Source: an uncultured virus (IMG/VR IMGVR_UViG_3300028925_010764) (Duplodnaviria > Heunggongvirae > Uroviricota > Caudoviricetes). Taken from it: 64,000 nucleotides of DNA. The notes below the pieces were generated by a model, which had not been told where the DNA came from, ran no database searches, and saw only the letters and a list, made by a program, of their open reading frames with translations. This document shows, piece by piece, positions 58,801 through 64,000 of this stretch. The translations under genes and the position numbers were made by a program. The stretch lies in the IMG/VR virus record IMGVR_UViG_3300028925_010764; one strand, given 5' to 3'. The stretch's first letter is position 1. The number at the start of each line of letters is the position of its first letter.

Positions 58801-61800
58801 ATCCCTTATCGTCCAGAATCATGTTTCCTGCGGCGTCCGTTTCACCTGTGAGGTAGTTCCTGGGACGGTTCGCATCTGACATCAGGTCTGCCTCTCGTGC
58901 GAAGAGATCCTCGAACTCAGCGAGCGTCCAATTTGCGGTAGCAATGGTGCGTTGCGTTGTCCGGTTTTGTGCTGTTGAGAGCTTGATCGACGCGATCGGT
59001 ATGGCCCCAGCTTCAAGCGCATCAGTCAAGGGGACTGCCTTGCCTATTGAAACCATTCCACTCACGCTGTCTGTGTGCTTCGCGTTGTAATTGACCCCTT
59101 GCAGCGTGTACCTCGGATCGCCCTTCTTCTTTCCAGCGTGTGAAGTTTCGTGCTCTGGCCATGCCATCACCATTTCATCACGCGCTTGACCAGACTGGGT
59201 GGGGCTCCGCTTCGTGCCAAGCAGGCGCACCTTGCCGTCAGGGAACAGGAAGAATGTGAATCGTCTCGTCGCAGTGGCGTTCTTCGATTTGCCGGAACCC
59301 GTGAACTGGGCCGTGAGAAGAGAGGGGTCCGCAATTCCCATGATTCGGAACCACGCGCGCGGATTGAAGGCACCGGGATCTTGCTTGGTTCCGATCACCT
59401 CAACATCGTGATTGTTTTCCCAGTCGACGGAATTAAGCAGGCTCCGTGTCAGCTCGGCGAGCGTGAACTGTTCAACCCGAAGGTCGCCGGCAGGGAACTG
59501 ACTCTCGAAATCCTGCGTCTCGTATATGTCCTGCGCGCTCGCGGTCTTCTTTACAACCTCTGTTGTGTCACGGCTGTCGATGCCCTTGATGATCCTCCTG
59601 GCTTTATTGAAGATCTCATCAGTCTTACCTGATGCGTAGATGTCGTCGGATCCATATACGATTACTGAAGCGTTGCGGCCTGCTGGTTTTTTTGCGGTTC
59701 TATTCGTCTCCCCTGCATGGGCCTGAATGCCCTCCTCTTGGAGAGCCAGCACGATTTCATCGACTTGATCATCTGTCCATTTAGAAGCCGTTCCCTGCCC
59801 CCTCTTTTTCGAGGTGCTGATCTTGAATTGGATCTGCTTCGCTTGCGTGATAGTGCGGTTCACCTTGCCCTTCACGGACCCGATGTCTCTCGGCTCAACC
59901 CCTTCAGGGATCTTGCCCTTAAAGGATGATAGCCTGGCGAATGGGATGCGGGGATCCTTCGTCGTCTTCACTCCGACCTGACGCTTACCAGTCCTTCGGT
60001 ATGCGTCCAGTCGTTCCTGATTGATCACTGAGGCTGCGCCGATCAGATCAGCCCCGCCAAAGTCGGCGAAGCTCTTAGAGAATGCATCGATTGCATCCTT
60101 GGCGGTCTTGAAATTCGTAAGGATGAACGTGCCAACGAAGGGCGCATTCTCCATACCGCTAATAGATTCTGTCCCACCCTCCAAGCTGACATTCTGCGTG
60201 TCCCTGAGATCAATCATCACCACCACGTCTGACCGTGGGTTCGGACCCTCCAGTGTCATGTCGGCAAATTCTGCCAGAATCGCGGCTTCCGCCTGCTCCT
60301 CAAGAGCCTTCGTGTCTGCCGGGTCGACCACTTCTGACAGCTTACGCCGTCCGAGTGCATCCTTCTCGGTTTTCTGCCGGCCCGCAAGGTGCTTGAGGCG
60401 GCGCTTCCACTTCTGCATCGTCTTCGCAGATTGCTGCTTCTCTGATGCTTCACCGTGTGTTTTAGTTCCGGGTGTTCCCTCGTTCTCAGCTACGACATTG
60501 CCTTCATCGAATAGCCCAGCCCCGAATATGCCTGACCCTTCAGCGCTCTCCTCGTTCTGGGCTGTAACGACTGCTTCTTGAACCAGTCGTTGCTGCTCGA
60601 GATCTGCCTCCTCTTCGGTGAGTGGGTAAGTGACGGGGTTGTCTAGTTGCTGTCCAGTGACACCGTCTTCCTCTAGTCTGGATGACCTGGTCGCCGGCGC
60701 CACTGCTCCAACACCTTGACCTGGTCGAGCCCGAGCTTCGTCCCGGTTCGCCGGTTGCGATCCCAAGGAGAGATCCACCCCTTCTGCAGAGATGGTCGCC
60801 CTTTGGTCTGGGATTCTTCCGAGAGCATTACCGAGATCCACCTCACTCACTCCCAACTGCCTGTTGATTGCAGATGCTGTGTGATCAAGCGGGACAGTGA
60901 AAGGCGCGGCTGGATCTGCTGGAGCCTGCGGCGTGGCGTCAACGGGAGCGGACAATGATCCGTCTGGGTTGCGCGTTTGGACGAGCACTGGACGTGGCTG
61001 TCCGAGTGGACGGTCGGGATCGAAGTTCTCTCCAAGCTCTACGTTCCGCTGATCCTCCCTGCCCTCACGAACATCCTGAATCTGCGATGGCGTAACTTCA
61101 CCGCGGCGCTGAAGATCATCAAGGACTCGATCTGACGACTCTTCCGGAACGGACGTTTGGCCGAGGATCTCCAGAACTCGCCTTGCCAAATCTGGATTTG
61201 CAGAAGCAGCTTCGTTTGCCCTGGCTATCTGCGCCAACTGCTGCACACGAAGGGCCTTGAGCCTGCTCACTTCTTGCTTGTTGCCTCTCCCTTCCGCGGT
61301 TTTGATCGCCGCAATCAGAGATTCCTCATTATCGTCAAGCCCTTCGGCTTTGGCTTCCTGCTCCTCCTGCTTCAGTTCTCCCAGACTGGAATCACGAGTG
61401 AGGTCGATCTCGCCCGACTTCATCCGTCTCTCGATCGCTATGCGAAACAACTGGAAGGCAGGGATTGATCCTTCTGGGATTGCCTGAATCTTGGACTGTG
61501 TTCCAAGTGTCACGCCACCCATTGATTTCTCCACGAACTCGTCGTTCGCTAACTGTTGGAGTTCTTCTGCGCGGAGCCGCGGGATCTTGTCTCCGTGCTT
61601 GCCGGTCTTCTGCATCCGGTCTGCCTTGTCCCTGTCCTCCTTCTCTTGCTCGGGGCTCAGCAGCTTGTTGAAAGTGTATGCGCCGACGCCAGCCAGGCCA
61701 CCGCCGACAGCGCCGAGCGCGCCGGCGTTCTTCAGGCGTGACACATCCTCTTCCGTCAGCGGGTTCCGTGAAGGGTCCATCGCATTGATGCCGCCTTGCT

Positions 61801-62878
61801 CAAAGCGAAGGGACATGATGCTGACCAGCTCTTGGAAGGATTCGGTCGCCGCCTCCGCTCCCACGGCTGCGGGTAAAACGGCCCAGTGTCCAAGCACTCT
61901 CTGGATGAAGGGCTTCTTCAAGCCTGGCGGCACGCCACCAGTGAAGGAGTTGATGATAAACCAAGGGAGAGCCGAGTCAGGAGCGGCTCCGACAAAACCA
62001 CCTAAAACAGCAGTGTTGAGAGCCTCGTCTGGGGCGATGCCGTTATTTGTCAGCTCGTTGAATACCTCGCCTGATTGAAGGGCGTGCGAGTTCAGCATGA
62101 CCGCGGTGTTGGCTCCCCATCGCCGCCGTGTCGACCGCATCTCTTTGCTCAGTAGTTCTTTGACTGTGTCAGAAGCCTCGTCAGCCACCATCTTGCCGGC
62201 CGCGATCTTTTTCAACTGGCCCTCCACTGAATCCACGGTCGCCTTCCCTACCTCGCGCTGCGCCCGCTCCTCTAATATCTCCTTGACCTCCTTCTTGATA
62301 AGGTTCTTGGCAGCCTTCTTGCCCACGATGCCGGCCATGAATCCGCCGACGGTTCCTACTGGGCCGCCAGTCGCAGTTCCGGCCACACCACCGGCAACAG
62401 CAGTGCCTATCGCCTCTATGAGTGAGGGTGTCACCTCACCGATGCCGCCCGACACCCAACGGATGAAGTCGGACGCGGATTGAATATCCTCAACTCTGCG
62501 GATCGTGCCGCCGTATTCGGCTGCTGCCTCACTATGTTCTTTCGAGCGCTCAAGGAGTTGGTCGCTTGCCTCGTCGGCGAAATCTCCCGGGAGGGCTCGC
62601 AATCCTAAAGCTGCGCCTCCCTTCAGTGTTCCGAGGAGTCCCTCCATGCCTCGCCCGAGGCCGAGGTTCATCTCCTGAAGGAGGCTAGGGGCATTCTCCC
62701 TGCGCTCAGCTAGATCCGCTGCCTGCTGGTCACCTTTGATCCTTTGAATATCTGCCGTGAAATCAGAATAACCGTCAAACTTACCAGGGAAATTACCCGC
62801 CAAGAAACTCGTGATCTCATCGTCTGACCTCGGGTCTGATGGGAACTTCGTTCTGAATCTTGTGACGACATCATTCAT
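49826..62878 (-). CDS. Giant (4350 aa) internal virion / large polyvalent protein
   Basis: 13-kb uninterrupted ORF in the virion module; Gly/Ala-rich hydrophobic N-terminal segments; zincin-like HETGH at 55871-55885. Confidence 0.75.
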   Translation of the reverse strand: MNDVVTRFRTKFPSDPRSDDEITSFLAGNFPGKFDGYSDFTADIQRIKGDQQAADLAERRENAPSLLQEMNLGLGRGMEGLLGTLKGGAALGLRALPGDFADEASDQLLERSKEHSEAAAEYGGTIRRVEDIQSASDFIRWVSGGIGEVTPSLIEAIGTAVAGGVAGTATGGPVGTVGGFMAGIVGKKAAKNLIKKEVKEILEERAQREVGKATVDSVEGQLKKIAAGKMVADEASDTVKELLSKEMRSTRRRWGANTAVMLNSHALQSGEVFNELTNNGIAPDEALNTAVLGGFVGAAPDSALPWFIINSFTGGVPPGLKKPFIQRVLGHWAVLPAAVGAEAATESFQELVSIMSLRFEQGGINAMDPSRNPLTEEDVSRLKNAGALGAVGGGLAGVGAYTFNKLLSPEQEKEDRDKADRMQKTGKHGDKIPRLRAEELQQLANDEFVEKSMGGVTLGTQSKIQAIPEGSIPAFQLFRIAIERRMKSGEIDLTRDSSLGELKQEEQEAKAEGLDDNEESLIAAIKTAEGRGNKQEVSRLKALRVQQLAQIARANEAASANPDLARRVLEILGQTSVPEESSDRVLDDLQRRGEVTPSQIQDVREGREDQRNVELGENFDPDRPLGQPRPVLVQTRNPDGSLSAPVDATPQAPADPAAPFTVPLDHTASAINRQLGVSEVDLGNALGRIPDQRATISAEGVDLSLGSQPANRDEARARPGQGVGAVAPATRSSRLEEDGVTGQQLDNPVTYPLTEEEADLEQQRLVQEAVVTAQNEESAEGSGIFGAGLFDEGNVVAENEGTPGTKTHGEASEKQQSAKTMQKWKRRLKHLAGRQKTEKDALGRRKLSEVVDPADTKALEEQAEAAILAEFADMTLEGPNPRSDVVVMIDLRDTQNVSLEGGTESISGMENAPFVGTFILTNFKTAKDAIDAFSKSFADFGGADLIGAASVINQERLDAYRRTGKRQVGVKTTKDPRIPFARLSSFKGKIPEGVEPRDIGSVKGKVNRTITQAKQIQFKISTSKKRGQGTASKWTDDQVDEIVLALQEEGIQAHAGETNRTAKKPAGRNASVIVYGSDDIYASGKTDEIFNKARRIIKGIDSRDTTEVVKKTASAQDIYETQDFESQFPAGDLRVEQFTLAELTRSLLNSVDWENNHDVEVIGTKQDPGAFNPRAWFRIMGIADPSLLTAQFTGSGKSKNATATRRFTFFLFPDGKVRLLGTKRSPTQSGQARDEMVMAWPEHETSHAGKKKGDPRYTLQGVNYNAKHTDSVSGMVSIGKAVPLTDALEAGAIPIASIKLSTAQNRTTQRTIATANWTLAEFEDLFAREADLMSDANRPRNYLTGETDAAGNMILDDKGFTKSQNEEAKNLDDLSTQQRPSKFSVDEDGNVTAITPASRLEGDKKKSRESDFNDSTSNTATNSAAIANTYDLVQGMYELAPMEEDGSGIVRDREKSEQGFQDVPLVKSDLSRIDQDVYEESESSPEDYAESARPKSAFEKKYAKENPPTKAEAEAEAKGEDIEPPQSAPIKTARFQVNDPGTEQARRKKSKNPKTLTKRSWNKLLDTFAAQSDNKDVWRWMLARSGAIILKVWGPNHFIGISYEENVGILRDFIQQVTYKAYEQGKFDTGKSVVKDFFESSEENLQDALNLPKLKSVSDGVQDLLTSGGQILRSKNTTRFTLVDVDLIVEEQVGLSRRTWTEEEKRRLKAKLTNRQNLTQDWIEYVRYRAIMSGRGNPSSGKTADGKNKPFDVVDFDPKKAHEQNRSDLAAETISEYEFDQRKIEITEMEERGVGKTITRVKAAIDRSADPALAPIGTKLMYPSIFGYGFQSPERTDLEIAVARNEIIKDVRNHEAYTETMAALRGLTSSKDKSKQAQNEDRSRRAFGWSISLPTGEDIEVSEETFNVLHRGDLPPGSRLQTLHIDLTTGSPTKSPGEIQQEANELNALIASWSELSPEQMANRHERLMQWGLIEAAERYAYGLLQNQTVTQSEAEAFAGGEISSEAGAAINAERGTLAEPAEAPPKKIGTLESLDATRRKAQSEANEIAASRMFMEFVNNESEAQEESTDAVGRYDFTAMKPSGAGAIAYPAQKTRGPRASVSDPIVKAQATPIGKDPALTGRLVPLEERPADAPAEKRGIDWRALLREQPSNPVWLTEEGKRILAHGGPNGTPLQAESQEELAAEAEKPPKAAVDPTVISPARSRTESGYSSRIEKLIAENQADQSAPRPNQQMGSRQNHFSRPTSLPAQDVLSEEGVWDLVARLRDAGINVELLDLQLDALTAELLGFHVAEDGNPVENALFNSTKATIVHAMRDTMNPTLESLRILMHETGHMVTMAESEEVQNAVYFAIGKLNDEQLGITESRDPRIVKPPAPVRHMKKRWLTDDGYVFYQQDDGTLTSAYPGSEPLTDMKFESVDHLAEEMGPPRLMGPTEVRSDMEGEGLPDGWTGFMEGSDPESADPTIADVIAETAASDELTGGLLQFERLAEALSFYGIRVEVAKTLAAQIIRHIKDVLMRSAMWIQRQLLGPEHVNPNLAFAFVKNRFDMFRGKPAPFMSFIGGRNLNSADMPDLHGAPVHGEGWVKEYLAPDGSVATEQGFAEIGDTKTLFNNVFGQSVFYNKPAQSILSKPEAGGDNATAIATPWSAAMQSLEDSFQIMFAEVGNTGLIDDMTYDQFLKKLGHPVAPMTDVNKLNLALQANGKQPVPNVTADKLQGGRGNLIYVTHLRKVHKRFGRKIAAMQRVIATSEKKKAKKTDRLNKLELNYKNLDLVHKNILVTFKNSIRKFGNDIRFMGNPRWVKGMLANAVEKISGSFKGDAHESIADDLFKKISKSDTAFMNFMERIAGLGIDFTGSPESIIEGLSTPDAKEFLQSRNDFATMMRQFQEAMTDGPKTAKTTNLQSLILYGLIRDLQVSNPAAMAWLEVRNRQNLADDHPNKITPEETLALKAMIAAIKEEAGFITPQHEKLLTELSKKSRAVGALASEYNKHKAEMRALDRKIEEAKKFDKESDALHNSFLGRLSQAEAIIGAVEPVEMIEGAMLVVAPSEGATLAEVERANDMGKKLKGDKWSKPNHKRFRFTRRTGRGEDRNAAKMHEVIVVNDKWLKNNEGNQGLIYNTIYDTNMKLKMEEMSPIHRAMRNNLFTKFLSSIITRLRLTGTDGGRAAARRITLFDAATQEFESEANVRGSRWEVARGEAVKAMPSLGTADLFMEIVYDSGLKFIENHNYLVEGSVKGEDGDSVANPQEEALKLLKEHLESNKTIAKDIPAAWPAIKELFLETQSINNWFNLTVRVKLGIKVKDDVLGLLRESVGAPLFTVSRTLHNRLGSLHYDMSRIGWPGTSKLTDEQKLAGEEPKDLAFNKPNPPPIEDLVSAYMKDPGALAAKLSLMTPAAVVEGFIKPIVEDTAKSHFSSPMFADGIKNIATIDNVMAAWKDSYIESTGGVDLVKFAELLYQNEDGPAKLAARNEAAQLRARPNKEGVTLPVEMKIEDDMAQFVGDTIDTFYQFFGQISRILIEQEQSALKVGDKNTQTLLPHQLMDSRRAENFPAAFLSYATYDQSNARIMASQMAVHAYLGRDMRSIESDIGSAKGEMERFAREYERLIAEFRRDNPSANPETVSPWKRKKFRRQLEAAARVRAEEMGENPEEFLDKIVGAYEGLPMMNKMMSTLLAWFEAQGSGLVENKAAMELLNTMTGSIIQGPKTTLLNFMSMFDPIAKYGPSKVARKQVIRNWKSLMGETLGSFFQMFNHQLLMNTENVLRRNAVGRFDSSHHLTLKKRLQAVWTQEISGGKIQRGLVRGARMTREILLETGISRRPQETQGADGEVNSLNAKGPQYPVFRPHASFSTFVQIMNNSMIDGTWEAYGDMVERGVKFAKDPESSERFLEAGFEFTAEDLGYKRRLFGFSDDKLAFQKMKVTMQNYGINFEHAVAAAMEEGAPLFTDTQYARLASMTLREISLESSITNQPTAFMTQDALRFSKPLLGWSFAKMDQLRGGMRDANDQRYQFMTAMKMFGAMVPIGMAWTLLMDEYDEKVTGKKSNLRPFMNPLNPEHEFLDVGRAFLERTARVGSFGFAGDIAHGLANFQEGGNTRGISFDHRVVFMNALQGFMQSTTALGRTGLDDATYSSVWRPMMQAMGGTGYIQYAQIINNTVSPDIPFFRDEARVTRRINAQNYLRAMGREMNLDVRTGSGSRSLTNEIKPHVSEMILASLSNDSVLFDMHKREALKQAEKAIQKKGKMMSIAEIRKEAESRVKLMYQSSHPLRVVFKTTPTEMEFKDILSNLPDDGRKDVSEAVNLINSFGERHLGVNPNVGSGAKRKKASTGKRSRSDFQRAATMFESPFQ

Positions 62879-64000
62879 TTCCTTAACGCTTTCCTATCGA
62901 CTGCAAGGCGTCGTTTCGCCTCCGCTTCAAGGCGTCGTTTCTCCTCCGCTTCAAGGCGTTTGTGCTCTGCCCTTATCTCGTCTACGGATTCTGATTCTGG
63001 CATGTTTTTGATCTTGGCTTGGATCTCTTTCCGTAACTTTGCAAGCCTGCGAAACTCAATTCTCAGTTCAATGACTTCCATCTCCGTCATCGGCACTACT
63101 TTTTCCGTGAACATATCCGCTGAGCTCCCGAATGGATCGGATGGATCCTGCACTTTGTTGCGGACGGGAACCTTCCTGAACTTCACCGGGTTCTCAATCT
63201 TAGCCATGATCTCATGCAACTGCTTCTCGACACCCCGCTGCTCGTCACGCATTTTAGCGATCTTAGGGAGCTCAGGTGTCGTGCTTTGCTGATCTCCAGC
63301 TAATCCAAACGGGATGCGTTCATGGCCGGAGTCTGTGAGCTCGCGACCGCGCATCCTCGCGTCTCTTCGGGCCAGCCCGAGGGCTGATGCGTCATCAACA
63401 CCCTGCTCAATAGCTGCGTTTGGATTAAAGGTTTTCTGTTCCTCTTCCACAAAGCTCGCCGCGTCCTCGGCTGTCGTTTCCCCGCCACCTCCGGCTCCGC
63501 TGCCTGCTAGCTCCTCGTCCGTCAGGCCCATCTCGTTGCCGGGATCCACAGTCTTGAACGAGTGTTCGTTCACGCCGGCGTTGATGCCCACGTCAGCCAG
63601 CATGGTGCTGTTCTGTGCCGACGCCGGGGTGACTATCGATTCCATCGCTTTGTTGTACTCGTCCTCCAGTAAAGCGTTCCTCAATGGATGATACTTCTTC
63701 AGGGCCATTGACTGCTCGTTCAGTTTCTCAAGGTCTGTAAGGGCTTGCTTCAGGAAAATTACTTCCGCTGAAAGCACCTGTTTGTTCGTTTTGTCCATCC
63801 CTTCAGTTTGAAGGTTGATGTTCTGGATCAGCTTCTTGTAAATCTCACGTTGGTCTTCGTGCTTTGCTGTTCCGAACCATGCGCCTCCCTTCTTTGAGAG
63901 CGCGATGGACTGCAAGACGTTTGCGTTCCGGATCATCCCCGGCTTGGTTATCTTGCCAGTCTTACTGTCGATCTCCGCTGGAGGTGTATCCAATCCCAGC
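62875..64000 (-). CDS. Probable internal virion protein (partial; 5' end outside the window)
   Basis: Frame stays open to the right edge; ATGA overlap with the giant gene. Confidence 0.65.
   Translation of the reverse strand, partial: LGLDTPPAEIDSKTGKITKPGMIRNANVLQSIALSKKGGAWFGTAKHEDQREIYKKLIQNINLQTEGMDKTNKQVLSAEVIFLKQALTDLEKLNEQSMALKKYHPLRNALLEDEYNKAMESIVTPASAQNSTMLADVGINAGVNEHSFKTVDPGNEMGLTDEELAGSGAGGGGETTAEDAASFVEEEQKTFNPNAAIEQGVDDASALGLARRDARMRGRELTDSGHERIPFGLAGDQQSTTPELPKIAKMRDEQRGVEKQLHEIMAKIENPVKFRKVPVRNKVQDPSDPFGSSADMFTEKVVPMTEMEVIELRIEFRRLAKLRKEIQAKIKNMPESESVDEIRAEHKRLEAEEKRRLEAEAKRRLAVDRKALRK
62904..62959. repeat. 24-bp in-frame tandem repeat (about 2.3 copies)
   Basis: CAAGGCGTCGTTTC(G/T)CCTCCGCTT twice, encoding KRRLEAE(E/A). 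Confidence 0.8.

Overview
The window is about 64 kb of a high-GC tailed-phage genome, probably podovirus-like; the host cannot be determined from sequence. Layout: (i) minus-strand head-packaging genes at 1-5531 (scaffold-like partial gene, portal, terminase large subunit, probable small subunit); (ii) a plus-strand recombination/replication operon at 5564-16173 (DUF2303 pair, annealing protein, PD-(D/E)XK nuclease, SMC-like ATPase, initiator, DnaB, Gp37/Gp68-like protein, nucleases); (iii) minus-strand accessory and lysis genes at 16076-20146; (iv) a 21-kb unidirectional plus-strand 'early-like' region at 20529-41662 with small unknown genes, a DNA-modification cluster (TGT/DpdA-like, C5-MTase, PAPS-reductase-like, MTase-SNF2 fusion) and a terminal tyrosine recombinase; (v) minus-strand virion genes at 41714-64000 (lipase, sulfotransferase, glycosyltransferase, tail proteins, a 4350-aa giant protein). 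The most striking unexplained signal is non-coding. A 1.28-kb gap with no credible gene (22519-23802) is packed with G-U-containing hairpins, includes a tRNA-type T-loop and has an intrinsic terminator at 23329-23360; this suggests a large (~780-840 nt) structured RNA followed by a second ~400-nt module. It lies within a network of repeated intergenic elements: covarying GATT-N-AATC palindromes, RNase III-like long hairpins, duplicated leaders and a shared AAGGACCAAC-ATG initiation motif. All protein calls come from motif recognition by eye; no searches or folding programs were run.
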